A stretch of DNA of 56,725 nucleotides from Ignavibacteria bacterium (GTDB lineage: Bacteria; Bacteroidota; Ignavibacteria; UBA10030; UBA6906), in contig QKGJ01000404.1 of NCBI GenBank assembly GCA_003251275.1, positions 1 through 56,725 of the forward strand. Direction: 5' to 3'. This document shows positions 40,949 through 50,704 of the stretch, one piece after another. Below the pieces are notes generated by a model that was not told the origin of the DNA, did no database searches, and saw only the letters and a program-made list of their open reading frames with translations. Position numbers and translations under genes: made by a program. Numbering within the stretch: position 1 is the stretch's first letter; every line of letters begins with the position of its first letter.

Positions 40949-42592
40949 ATGCTTCGAAAAGAGGTTGGTGCTCTGGCCCTGAAAGGGTTGTTGTTCATTG
41001 TGTTGTTCGCTGCTGCTCCGAATCAGGTTCAGAGCCAAATGCACCATCATGCGGGAGAAACGCTCGGGACAGTCAGCTTTCCTGTTTCATGCGTTCCTTC
41101 AAGCCAGCCGGCTTTCAATGAGGCAATGACGCTATTCCATCACATGACGTACCCGCAGGCACGAGAGGCGTTTCAAAAAATTGCGGACACGGATACCCTA
41201 TGCGCGATGGCCTACTGGGGTGTTGCAATGACCTTGTTTCAACCACTCTGGCCAACACGGCCCAGTCCCCAGGATCTGCAGCGAGGATGGGAGGCCATGC
41301 AAAAAGCAACATCTCTTAACCCGCAAACTGAACGCGAACGTCTTTTAGTCGCTGCTACCGCTTCATTTTTCGATGATCCAAATTCACCAGACTATTGGAA
41401 ACGAATCCAGGCATGGTTCGAGGGAATGGAGAAAGCCTATGCTGCTTTTCCCAAAGACAACGAGGTTGCTGCGTTATATTCGTTGTCGCTCCTTGCCACA
41501 GTCCGCCCCGATCAAACATTTTCACCAAACAATGCACGGGCAGCGGAAATTCTTCTCCGGATTCTCCGGGAGAATCCCGCACATCCGGGAGCGATGCACT
41601 ATCTCATTCACGCAAACGATGCTCCCGGTCGCGAACGAGAGTCGCTTGAAATTCTCCGTGAGTACGAGGCCATTGCCCCGGACAATCCTCACGCGCTCCA
41701 CATGCCCACGCATATCTACACGCGGCTCGGGAACTGGGGCGAAGTTATTCGCAACAACATTAGGGCTGCCGAAGCCGCGCTAAAATTTCCTGCAGGGAAT
41801 CACGGACAGTTTGTATGGGATGAGTTCCCCCATGCAATTGAGTACATGGTCTATGCATATCTTCAAACGGGCGCAGATGATGAAGCAGCAAACCAACTAA
41901 ACCGCCTCCGCGGAACAGCAGGGCTTGAGCCCTCATTCAAAACTGCCTTCCATCTGGCATCCACCAAAGCTCGGTACGCGCTTGAGAGAAAGGCGTGGAC
42001 TGAAGCGACATCAATCGTTCCTCGGGAACAGAGCGCCATCAGTTGGGACCGTTTTCCCTGGGCGGAGGCAATCAGCTGGTTTGGGCGCGGCCTGGGATTC
42101 GTCCACGAGGGCAACATCCCTGAGGCAAAGAAATCACATCAACGCCTCCTCGAACTTGAAGGTGTTGCGGAGAAGACAAAAGAGGTACTTTTTACCCGGC
42201 ACACTCGAGTGCTGCGCCTCGATCTGGAGGCATGGATCAGCGACAAAAAAGGTATGTACGAAGCAAGTGTCGAAGCAATGACTCAAGCCGCCGAGCTGGA
42301 AGCTTCGACGCCGAAGCATGCAGTCACGCCTGGTCCTACTCTTCCGGCATATGAACTTCTCGGAGATCTTCAACTTGCCCACGGAAAATCGCAGGAGGCT
42401 TTGAATGCATATCGCAGTTCTTTGGAGATGAATCCCCTTCGGTTTAACTCCTTGCTGGGTGCTGCCCGGGCTGCGCGTGCCATGGACAGCACGAAAACTG
42501 CCGCTTCATTCTATCAGCAACTCATCGATATAGCCTCGAAACAATCAAAACGTGATGGCCTTGAAGAGGCACGAAGATTTCTTCAGAAGTAA
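40949..42592 (+). CDS. Secreted TPR-repeat protein with conserved His motifs
   Basis: Signal peptide after AAGGAG SD; LGTVSFPVSC, CAMAYWGVA, HPGAMHYLIH, PHALHMPTHIY; TPR-like helices. Confidence 0.8.
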   Translation: MLRKEVGALALKGLLFIVLFAAAPNQVQSQMHHHAGETLGTVSFPVSCVPSSQPAFNEAMTLFHHMTYPQAREAFQKIADTDTLCAMAYWGVAMTLFQPLWPTRPSPQDLQRGWEAMQKATSLNPQTERERLLVAATASFFDDPNSPDYWKRIQAWFEGMEKAYAAFPKDNEVAALYSLSLLATVRPDQTFSPNNARAAEILLRILRENPAHPGAMHYLIHANDAPGRERESLEILREYEAIAPDNPHALHMPTHIYTRLGNWGEVIRNNIRAAEAALKFPAGNHGQFVWDEFPHAIEYMVYAYLQTGADDEAANQLNRLRGTAGLEPSFKTAFHLASTKARYALERKAWTEATSIVPREQSAISWDRFPWAEAISWFGRGLGFVHEGNIPEAKKSHQRLLELEGVAEKTKEVLFTRHTRVLRLDLEAWISDKKGMYEASVEAMTQAAELEASTPKHAVTPGPTLPAYELLGDLQLAHGKSQEALNAYRSSLEMNPLRFNSLLGAARAARAMDSTKTAASFYQQLIDIASKQSKRDGLEEARRFLQK

Positions 42593-42745
42593 ACCATGAC
42601 CCCATATGCTGGTCATTGTTTATGTCGTCGGCTCATGTTTTCATGGTTTTGAAGAGGGCTCGATGGACGGGTTGATCCTCGCGTTCGTTTCAAAAGAAAT
42701 GGCTGAAACGGAACGTCTCACAATCGTGATTTCAATTCAATTTCC

Positions 42746-43192
42746 ATGATAGCACTCATTAGCGCAGAAGATTCTGGTCGGCATGGCAATGTTGTCATAC
42801 TCAAGACCTATGACGCTTCTCATCTTGCTCATCTGGACAAAGCAAAACTGGCCGACGAGGGAATCGAGTCGTTCATCCGCGATGAGCATATCGTTTCTAT
42901 CAGTCCGTACCTGGCACACGCAGTTGGCGCCATCAAGCTGATGGTCTTTGCAGAAGATGTGGCCGAGGCACGGAGAGTGCTTGCCCTTGATGAATCCGGA
43001 TCGTTAAACAACGCGTTTGAAGGATCTCTTGACGCTCCAACCTCATGCCCTGAATGCGGAACGCTTGATGTTCAACGACGGAGCTCAGTCTTAGGCGGCC
43101 TTCTTTTTCTCTTTTTTTTCTTCCTTCCCGTCGCTCCCCGGACAAAGGAATACCAGTGCGCAAACTGCGGGCATGTGTGGAAAGTCGATTGA
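42746..43192 (+). CDS. DUF2007 (PII-like) domain + Zn-ribbon membrane protein
   Basis: KAKLADEGIESFIRDE..IKLMV..ARRVL; CPECG..TM..CANCG. Confidence 0.75.
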   Translation: MIALISAEDSGRHGNVVILKTYDASHLAHLDKAKLADEGIESFIRDEHIVSISPYLAHAVGAIKLMVFAEDVAEARRVLALDESGSLNNAFEGSLDAPTSCPECGTLDVQRRSSVLGGLLFLFFFFLPVAPRTKEYQCANCGHVWKVD

Positions 43193-43263
43193 GCGTACAC
43201 TCATAAAAACCTCGTCATCAAAAAACAATCACTCCATAATACCATTCCCATAAGGAGAGAAAT

Positions 43264-43716
43264 ATGAAAACCTACCACATTCTAATTGCAGTAACCCTTA
43301 TTTTACTCGGTTCGCTCTCCCTCGCGCAGGAGTTCAGAACGCCACGCCATGCAGTAAATTTGCCACGCGGTGAAGCGGCGAATCTTCCCTTCAGCGATGC
43401 GGTAATGGTAGGCAACACTCTGTACATCTCTGGACGGGGAGGCATCGACTTTAAGACGATGAAAACACCCGATGACCCGAAGGATGAAGCGAAGCTGATG
43501 CTCGATGGTTTCAAGTCGATTCTCGCCACGGCCGAAATGACAATGGATGATCTCGTGTTTGTCACGGTCTATTGTCCAGACCTTGCATTGTACAAGGTGT
43601 TCAACGAGGTCTACAGGACATACTTCAGCAAAGATTTTCCGGCGAGGGCATTCGTCGGATCCGGGCCGCTTCTCTTCGGTATGCGTTTCGAAATGCAGGC
43701 TATAGCGGTGCGATAA
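43264..43716 (+). CDS. RidA/YjgF family protein with signal peptide
   Basis: PFSDAV, LYISG, FNEVY..YF..FPARA, E.QAIA; hydrophobic N-terminus ending SLA. Confidence 0.88.
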   Translation: MKTYHILIAVTLILLGSLSLAQEFRTPRHAVNLPRGEAANLPFSDAVMVGNTLYISGRGGIDFKTMKTPDDPKDEAKLMLDGFKSILATAEMTMDDLVFVTVYCPDLALYKVFNEVYRTYFSKDFPARAFVGSGPLLFGMRFEMQAIAVR

Positions 43717-43741
43717 CTCATCAATCAACGGGAAGACCCTT

Positions 43742-44113
43742 ATGTCAACGATACTTCAGAACCATTACGTGCTGGCAGTCCATGATTTGGATAGATCGGC
43801 CGCCTTCTTCAAGGATCTCGGTTTCGAGGTTCACATGAAGCCGCCAGGTTGGATCTTCGTTAAGAAGGAAAATTGCATGATCATGCTTGGAGATTGCGTC
43901 GATTCGATTCCTGCGACTAAGTTGGGAGACCACAGCTATTTTGGCTACCTACGAGTCGATGATGTGGACAGCTATCATAAGGAGCTAGTCGCCAGAGGAG
44001 TGAAAATTGGACATCCTCTTGCAACCAAACCGTGGGGAATGCGGGAGTTTGGTGTTACGTCGCCTGAAGGACACCGCCTTATGATCGGACAATCGGTTAG
44101 TGAGATGCAATAG
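43742..44113 (+). CDS. VOC/glyoxalase-bleomycin resistance family protein
   Basis: LAVHDLDRSAAFF..LGF; YLRVDDVD; KPWGMREF...PEGH. Confidence 0.88.
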   Translation: MSTILQNHYVLAVHDLDRSAAFFKDLGFEVHMKPPGWIFVKKENCMIMLGDCVDSIPATKLGDHSYFGYLRVDDVDSYHKELVARGVKIGHPLATKPWGMREFGVTSPEGHRLMIGQSVSEMQ

Positions 44114-44472
44114 GATGCAATAGGGTAACCGGCAATGTACCACGAACTGGGTTGAACGAAAAATTTTCTTTTGATACTCCTCTTACACGTCATAGAAAAA
44201 CGCCACTATTTCTCCCAATCCTGATTCCCCATGGAAAACGGGATGGCTATCTTCAGAAACCACGGGCTCAATCTGAGACTTGTTCATCCCCGGCTCTTCA
44301 CCTGTAGAACCATTTGCACTGAGGTACGAAACCAACGCGGGGCTGACGCCCTTGGTTTAAGATTTGGAACTATGTCCGGGGAAATTCCGTTCTAGGCATT
44401 GCAATACCATTGCAACTCTAATTTTCTTCCGCAAATACACTTTGTTCCACTTTTCATAACACCATAAGGAGT

Positions 44473-45429
44473 ATGTCCATGGCAGACAAAAAAATAATTG
44501 CAGTCGTTGGCGCAACAGGAGCCCAGGGAGGCGGATTAGCCCGCGCAATCCTGAACGACAAGAACAGCCAGTTTGCGGTGCGCGCAATAACGCGTGACGT
44601 AAATTCGCCGAAGGCGAAAGAGTTGGCAAAGCTTGGCGCCGAGGTCGTCGCAGCAGACGTGAACGACGTGGAGAGTCTCAAGAAGGCATTCAAAGGCGCA
44701 TATGGCGCCTATTGCGTGACGTTCTACTGGGAACACTTCTCCCCTGAAAAAGAGACCGCCAACGCGACGGCGCTCGCACAGGCAGTAAAGGCAGCCGGAG
44801 TGCAGCATGTGATCTGGTCCACCTTCGAAGACACACGCAAGTTTATCCCTTTGGATGACAAACGCATGCCCACGCTGATGGGAAAGTACAAGGTGCCGCA
44901 CTTTGATGCAAAGGCAGAAGTAAACCATGTATTCAAGGATCTCGGGGTACCGACAACATTCTTGCTCACCTCCTTCTATTGGGAAAACATGATTAACTTC
45001 GGCGCGGGCCCAAAGAAGGGCCCGGATGGCAAGCTGGCCATCACGTTCCCGTTGGGCGAAACAAAGATGCCGAGCATGAGTGCAGAGGATATTGGGAAAT
45101 GTGCATACGGCATTTTCAAAGGTGGTAAAGAGTATATCGGTAAGACAATCGGCGTTGCCGGCGAACACCTGAGCGGCGCACAAATGGCGACAACGCTCAG
45201 CAAAGTGCTGGGCAAAGAGGTGAAATACAACGCCGTGACGCCAGATGTATATCGAAGCTTCGGATTTCCCGGAGCGGACGATATGGGGAATATGTTCCAG
45301 TTCAAGCATGACTTTGAGAAGGAATACACCTCTGCGCGACCCGTGGAGGTCTCAAAGAAGTTGAACCCCTCCCTCCAAACCTTTGAGCAGTGGGCAAAGA
45401 AGAACGCAAGCAAGATTCCGTTGGAGTAA
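44473..45429 (+). CDS. NmrA/HSCARG family NAD(P)-binding protein
   Basis: GATGAQGG, VRAITRD, VPHFDAK, SFYWEN. Confidence 0.92.
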   Translation: MSMADKKIIAVVGATGAQGGGLARAILNDKNSQFAVRAITRDVNSPKAKELAKLGAEVVAADVNDVESLKKAFKGAYGAYCVTFYWEHFSPEKETANATALAQAVKAAGVQHVIWSTFEDTRKFIPLDDKRMPTLMGKYKVPHFDAKAEVNHVFKDLGVPTTFLLTSFYWENMINFGAGPKKGPDGKLAITFPLGETKMPSMSAEDIGKCAYGIFKGGKEYIGKTIGVAGEHLSGAQMATTLSKVLGKEVKYNAVTPDVYRSFGFPGADDMGNMFQFKHDFEKEYTSARPVEVSKKLNPSLQTFEQWAKKNASKIPLE

Positions 45430-45445
45430 ATGCTCAACTCACAGA

Positions 45446-45480
45446 CCGCCCGTATCTCAATGATGCGGGCGGCTTTTTGT
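45446..45480 (+). terminator. Rho-independent terminator
   Basis: CCGCCCGTATC-TCAAT-GATGCGGGCGG followed by CTTTTT. Confidence 0.8.
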
Positions 45481-45657
45481 TGTTATCCCGCAAGAATCAC
45501 CTCTTTTCACAAGGAAGACTCAACTCCATCTTTTGATGGAACTTTCCAACCCCTAATCGTCTTTAGCAACAAACCCCCTTTCCGTTCCTGAATTCGGGGG
45601 CTTCTCCACCTGCATCAGTGTCAACCTGTTCTCTCACATACTTTCGAGGAGGCCTTT

Positions 45658-47565
45658 ATGAGTCGTTATGTGTCCGCTTTGCTCTTTCTCTTCATCCCAT
45701 TGGTGACCCATGGGCAGATACATCTTACCGCCAACCTGGATGGAGCACAAGAGGTGCCTCCTGTTGTCACCACAGCAAGTGGTACGGGTTCATTCACGCT
45801 AAGTGATGACTTTACTCAATTGAAGTGGGTGATCTCTTATCAAGGACTGAGCGGTACGCTTACCGCCGGCGGGCATTTCCATGTGGGACGGGTCGGCGCC
45901 AATGGTCCGGTTGTGAAGAACATCGCCTCCAGTGGCGATCCGGCATCAAACACCATTTCTGGAACCTGGACTTCTGCAGATGCGACGCAGCCATTGACAC
46001 CTGCGCTCGTTGAGTCGCTCCTCACCGGGCGGATCTATGCAAACTTCCATACTGCCGCACATCCCGGTGGAGAAATTCGTGGGCAAGTGAATCTTGCAAC
46101 GAGTCTTCTTTTCGCCGCAAACCTTACGGGTGCACAAGAGAATCCGCCTGTCACGACAACGGCAGGAGGCACAGGCTCCTTCATTCTTAATCCCCAACGA
46201 ACTGAAGTGCAGTGGGTGGTGACGTACCGTGATCTCTCCGGAACGCTCACCGCAGGTGGACACTTTCACGTCGCCGATTCGGGACGGAACGGTCCAGTTG
46301 TTAAAAACATCGCGAGTGGCGGCGACCCGGCGGCCAATACCATATCCGGAGTGTGGAGTAGTACCGATGCCACCCAGCCGCTTACTCCTGCGCTCGTCGA
46401 CTCACTCATCGCTGGAAAGCTGTATGTAAACTTTCATACCGTCGCTAATCCAGGCGGAGAAATCCGCGGACAGGTAAAGCGAAGGGGCGGTATCGGATTC
46501 ACAGCCCGCTACAGTGGTCAACAGGAAAACCCACCCGTCGTGACGAATGCATCCGGTACAGGCGCATTCTCCTTGAACGCGGCTCGTACCGAACTTTCGT
46601 ACGACATTACTTATATCAATATGAGTGGAACACTTTCAGCAGGCGGCCATTTCCATTCTGCCGATACGGGACGCAATGGTCCGGTTGTGAAAAACATCGC
46701 AAGCGGAGGTGATCCGGCATCGAATACCATTTCGGGAGTGTGGAGAAGCACGGACACGCAGCCTTTGACGCAAATACTTGTCGACTCACTCCTCACGGGG
46801 AGGATTTATACGAATTTTCACACGACAGCTCATCCCGGCGGAGAAATTCGGGGACAACTTCAACTTGCTACGGGAATAGGTTTCAGCGCAAGGTTCTCCG
46901 GTGCGCAGGAGGTTCCGGCAGTTTCAACACCTGCAAGCGGGACGCTCTCGATGGTTCTCAATGCCGCCCGAACGGATGCCCGCTACGACATCACGTATCA
47001 TGACCTCAGCGGCCCGCTTACTGCTGGAGGACATTTTCATGTCGCCAGCGCTGGCAGGAACGGCCCCGTGGTAAAGAACATTGCAAGCGGTGGCGGCCCG
47101 GCGTCAGCAACTATTGGAGGAAACTGGACCACAGCAGACGGCTCACAGCCTCTGACACGGGCACTTGTCGATTCGTTGATCACCGGACTCATCTACTCGA
47201 ACTTTCACACAGCAGCAAACCCCGGTGGGGAGATTCGGGCACAGGCTCTTCTTGGCTCAGACATCATAACGAGCGTAGACCACAATCCCCGGTTTGTTCC
47301 CCAGCAATTTGCGCTGCACCAAAATTACCCGAATCCATTCAACCCGTCCACAACCATCCGCTTCGACGTTGCATCACCATCGGATGTAACACTGAAGGTC
47401 TATGACATGCTAGGGCAGGAAATTGCGGTCTTGTTTGAAGGACTTGCCGAATCGGGAAGTTACACGATCGAGTTCAATGCAAAGACGTTTGCATCAGGAG
47501 TGTATTTCTATCGTGCAGAGGTCGGACAAACGCTTCTGACACGAAAGATGATGCTTGTTCGATAA
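45658..47565 (+). CDS. Secreted protein with four tandem CHRD domains and T9SS-type tail
   Basis: Four copies of G(A/Q)QE.P..GGHFH..G.NGPVVKNIAS..Y.NFHT...PGGEIR.Q; C-terminal QNYPNPFNPSTTI..RKMMLVR. Confidence 0.9.
   Translation: MSRYVSALLFLFIPLVTHGQIHLTANLDGAQEVPPVVTTASGTGSFTLSDDFTQLKWVISYQGLSGTLTAGGHFHVGRVGANGPVVKNIASSGDPASNTISGTWTSADATQPLTPALVESLLTGRIYANFHTAAHPGGEIRGQVNLATSLLFAANLTGAQENPPVTTTAGGTGSFILNPQRTEVQWVVTYRDLSGTLTAGGHFHVADSGRNGPVVKNIASGGDPAANTISGVWSSTDATQPLTPALVDSLIAGKLYVNFHTVANPGGEIRGQVKRRGGIGFTARYSGQQENPPVVTNASGTGAFSLNAARTELSYDITYINMSGTLSAGGHFHSADTGRNGPVVKNIASGGDPASNTISGVWRSTDTQPLTQILVDSLLTGRIYTNFHTTAHPGGEIRGQLQLATGIGFSARFSGAQEVPAVSTPASGTLSMVLNAARTDARYDITYHDLSGPLTAGGHFHVASAGRNGPVVKNIASGGGPASATIGGNWTTADGSQPLTRALVDSLITGLIYSNFHTAANPGGEIRAQALLGSDIITSVDHNPRFVPQQFALHQNYPNPFNPSTTIRFDVASPSDVTLKVYDMLGQEIAVLFEGLAESGSYTIEFNAKTFASGVYFYRAEVGQTLLTRKMMLVR
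45721..47250 (+). repeat. Intragenic tandem repeats of about 387 nt (CHRD units)
   Basis: Units start near 45721, 46108, 46498 and 46882 with near-identical DNA blocks (e.g. aatggtccggttgtgaa.aacatcgc). Confidence 0.85.
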
Positions 47566-47576
47566 TACAACGAGAA

Positions 47577-47610
47577 AGAGCCCGATCAATTCTGGTCGGG
47601 CTCATTTTTT
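47577..47610 (+). terminator. Rho-independent terminator
   Basis: GAGCCCGATCA-ATTC-TGGTCGGGCTC followed by ATTTTTT. Confidence 0.75.
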
Positions 47611-47623
47611 GGAAAGGGATACT

Positions 47624-48022
47624 TTGTCTCATCTGTTACGGCTGTATTTGATTTTATTCGTCCTGATGTTTATCCTCTCAGCTTGTAAGGATTTTGGCGA
47701 ACCATTAACCACTTTGCCTGGACCGACTCCGGGTTCCTCTTTGAGAACCTACCAAAACGATATCCTGCCCATAATTCTCCAATACGGCTGCTTCAGTTGT
47801 CACGGTGGGAACGGAGGGTTATATATCACTTCGATAGCGGAAATTCTTCGAGGCGGCGATCATGGTCCGGCGATCATTCCGGGTAATGCCAATGCAAGCC
47901 TCATCATACAGAAGATATCCCCCGCTCCCCCCTTTGGAGATCGGATGCCGCAAGGAGGTCCGTACCTTCCTGATAGCACTGTCCAGATCTTTAGAGATTG
48001 GATCAACCAGGGAGCAAACTAA
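47624..48022 (+). CDS. Lipoprotein c-type cytochrome (planctomycete cytochrome C-like)
   Basis: TTG start after GGAAAGGG; lipobox LSAC; CFSCH heme motif; IIPGNANASL; RMP (axial Met); WINQGA. Confidence 0.82.
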   Translation: MSHLLRLYLILFVLMFILSACKDFGEPLTTLPGPTPGSSLRTYQNDILPIILQYGCFSCHGGNGGLYITSIAEILRGGDHGPAIIPGNANASLIIQKISPAPPFGDRMPQGGPYLPDSTVQIFRDWINQGAN

Positions 48023-48227
48023 AGCGTACCCAGACATATACTTGACTCGCTTGTCGAACTGATTGACTGATACTACCTGAAAGATGATCTATTGAGCGGG
48101 GATGGGGCACCGGCGCGACACTTTCCCCCCTTGCCGTGGCTGAGAAGTTACAAGAAACCATGTGTGTCAGTTTTTGGAATCACCTTTTCGGCATGTCAAT
48201 TCAAGGCCTCGTTTTCAGGGTATCTAA

Positions 48228-48256
48228 TTGACTTTCCTTTTTTCCCTCTCTAACTT
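48228..48256 (+). promoter_or_regulatory. Putative sigma70 promoter of cyclase gene
   Basis: TTGACT-N17-TAACTT. Confidence 0.55.
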
Positions 48257-48296
48257 GACTTATACTAATTCCTCGTCTACGAATTAACGCCCCGAG

Positions 48297-49619
48297 ATGA
48301 TATCATCTGAAGAACAAATGACAACGCTGGCGTTCTCAAATGTCTTTGATAAACAGCTATTAAACGCAACGCTGCAAAGTGAACGCATCAGGGCAACGAT
48401 TCTTGCGGGAACTTCTGCGGCATTAGGGATGACGCTCGTCGTGTTGTCTCGTTTTGACAACTCAGACTTCATAAACGCTCTTCGACAAAACGATACTGAG
48501 TACGGTATCTTTGGGCTTGCGGCTGGGTTGGTAATATATGAAATGTTCCTTCGATTTGTGCTTGGCAGGGTAATTCAAAAGGAGAAGATCCCTCCGCTCT
48601 CCATTCGCTATGTCAATGCCTTGGTCGAAACAAGTGTACCGACCATTGCAATGATTATGTTTGCCAGGTCGTTTGAACCGATGTACGCATTGATTTCGAT
48701 AGCTCCATTTTTCTATTTCATTTTTATCGTTCTCTCAACGCTTCGTCTTGAGTTCTGGCTTTGTGCGTTCACAGGGTTTGTTGCGTGTGCGGAGTATGTT
48801 TCACTCTCGTGGTACTATCTCTCTGTTGCTCAGACTGAATCGTTGCATCCAATGCTCCAGGCACATGTCTATTATGGTGTGAAGGGTCTGTTGATGTTGA
48901 TTACCGGACTGGCAGCCGGCTTCGTTGCAATCCAGATTAGAAGGCGGATTCTGCATTCATTGAAGACTTTGGAGGAGAGAAATGCAGTTGTTAGGATGTT
49001 CGGCCAGCATACATCACCCGAAGTGGTTGATGAACTCCTGAAGAACCAGGCCGCCGCTGGGTCGGCTCGAAAGTATGTATGTGTGATGTTTGTAGATATT
49101 CGTGGGTTCACACAGTTCGCAGAGCGTCGGCCACCGGAGGAAACAGTCGCCTTTTTGAACACTATTTTCGAACTCATGATCGAGAGTGTTACGAAAAACC
49201 ACGGTATTGTGCACCAACTATTGGGCGATGGGTTGATGGCGATCTTTGGGGCGCCGACATCCTTTGAAAACGATTCTGAAAATGCCGTTCGTGCCGCGAT
49301 GGAAATAATTGATGCTATCAGTAAGGAATCCAGCGAAGGAACAATTCCTCCGATTCGCCTGGGAATTGGTATTCACGCGGGAGAAGGTGTTGCGGGAACA
49401 GTCGGCTCGGCATTGCACAAGGAGTATAAGGTTACAGGTGATGTGGTTAATCTCGCATCGCGCATCGAACAACTCAACAAAGAGTTCGGGACGCAACTTC
49501 TTGTTTCGGGTGAGGTGTGGAATTCCATACGGGATAATTGGAATAACGGAACTTCAAGAGGTTTGACAAGAATCAGAGGGTATGAACAACCGATTGAAAT
49601 CTATGAGTTGGTGAGCTAA
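48297..49619 (+). CDS. Membrane-bound class III nucleotide cyclase
   Basis: About 6 N-terminal TMs; MFVDIRGFT, GDG, IGIHAGE, GDVVNLASRIE, RG...IEIY. Confidence 0.9.
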   Translation: MISSEEQMTTLAFSNVFDKQLLNATLQSERIRATILAGTSAALGMTLVVLSRFDNSDFINALRQNDTEYGIFGLAAGLVIYEMFLRFVLGRVIQKEKIPPLSIRYVNALVETSVPTIAMIMFARSFEPMYALISIAPFFYFIFIVLSTLRLEFWLCAFTGFVACAEYVSLSWYYLSVAQTESLHPMLQAHVYYGVKGLLMLITGLAAGFVAIQIRRRILHSLKTLEERNAVVRMFGQHTSPEVVDELLKNQAAAGSARKYVCVMFVDIRGFTQFAERRPPEETVAFLNTIFELMIESVTKNHGIVHQLLGDGLMAIFGAPTSFENDSENAVRAAMEIIDAISKESSEGTIPPIRLGIGIHAGEGVAGTVGSALHKEYKVTGDVVNLASRIEQLNKEFGTQLLVSGEVWNSIRDNWNNGTSRGLTRIRGYEQPIEIYELVS

Positions 49620-49953
49620 CAGCAACAAAGGTAATATCAATCGAGCACATTTTCTATGGTCGGCATCAATCTGCTAAGGGCATTTCTGATTGTGAAAATC
49701 CAAAAGACGGTTTCGTTCCACGAAACAATTAACCCCACATGTTAAGAACGATTGTACTTCTCCTTGCAATGGACATGGGATGGATTGTAACACTGGTTTC
49801 CCAGTAATGTGGACACGCTTTACTTCTTCAGTCCATACAAGGAGTGGCTTGAACCTCTTGACTCGTGGATTAAGGAGACAACAAGATGAAAGGAACTGCC
49901 ATGTCCAAAGGCAAAAGAATAGGAACACCAAAAAATCTCCTTATGTCGGCCTC

Positions 49954-50076
49954 ATGAATGAAGCGCTAGCCCGCGAGACTCACCTTGGGAGAAAAAGCGC
50001 CACCTATCACATTGATGTGGTTGCCGGAGAGGAGACGATTGCAACGTTCACCGGTACAGTTTACAGAAAAGGATGA
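49954..50076 (+). pseudogene. C-terminal remnant of PaaI-type hotdog thioesterase
   Basis: ALARETHLGRKSATYHIDV...IATFTGTVYRKG resembles a PaaI C-terminus; the N-terminal HGG motif region is absent. Confidence 0.55.
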
Positions 50077-50078
50077 GA

Positions 50079-50465
50079 ATGAAGAAAGCACTTCTGATTA
50101 TTCTTGGCTCCGTGACGCTTCTCGCCTGCGAAGATTCTCGCGAATCGGACAAAGCCGCGCTGGATCTAGAGCGACGGCAAATAATTGCCTTCGCGCGATC
50201 CGGACAATGCGGCGGAATGGCCGGATGCGGATTTATTGGACTCGGGTCAAAACCATGTGGCGGGCCATGGGAATATCTCACGTATGCGACATCCATCGAC
50301 ACAACACAGCTGTTCGAAATGGTGTTGAATTACAACATCAATGAGTACACCTACAACCGTAAATGGAACATCGGCTCGGATTGCTCAGCCCCCCAGCCGC
50401 CGGACAGTGTTGTGTGTGTGAACGGCGCCTGCACCGGGTATTGGAATGGCGTGCCGGGTGATTAG
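50079..50465 (+). CDS. Small Cys-rich lipoprotein
   Basis: Lipobox LLAC; six further Cys including GSKPCGGP..Y and SDC..P....CVNGAC. Confidence 0.75.
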   Translation: MKKALLIILGSVTLLACEDSRESDKAALDLERRQIIAFARSGQCGGMAGCGFIGLGSKPCGGPWEYLTYATSIDTTQLFEMVLNYNINEYTYNRKWNIGSDCSAPQPPDSVVCVNGACTGYWNGVPGD

Positions 50466-50665
50466 CTGGTTGTCAAATATGTTGATGAAGCTGCACGCAA
50501 TTAGCAGTTGACCATTTTGAGGCGGTTGGGCAAGGTTGAATTGTTTATATATAGAGGTCACGCTGCTTTTTAGCTTTGACGGCCACACATTGGGATACAC
50601 TAAGTTTTGAGGGAGCCGTAGAGCTGGCAAACGTTCTGCTGCAGGCGATGGGAACGTAGGAAAGT

Positions 50666-50689
50666 AAAAAGGGCGGCTCTCGCCGCCCC
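50666..50689 (-). terminator. Rho-independent terminator
   Basis: Minus strand GGGCGGC-GAGA-GCCGCCC-TTTTT after the 50705 gene. Confidence 0.75.
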
Positions 50690-50704
50690 TAGTGCCTGGA
50701 TTTA

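Noticed and set aside
45721..47250. CRISPR array or mobile repeat
   Set aside because: The repeats are in-frame protein domain duplications without spacers; the same applies to the FG-GAP repeats at 55190-56230.
48023..48296. Possible ncRNA or tRNA in intergenic gaps (also 44114-44470, 50466-50704)
   Set aside because: No cloverleaf, T-loop or recognisable riboswitch core seen by eye; an Infernal/Rfam scan would be needed.
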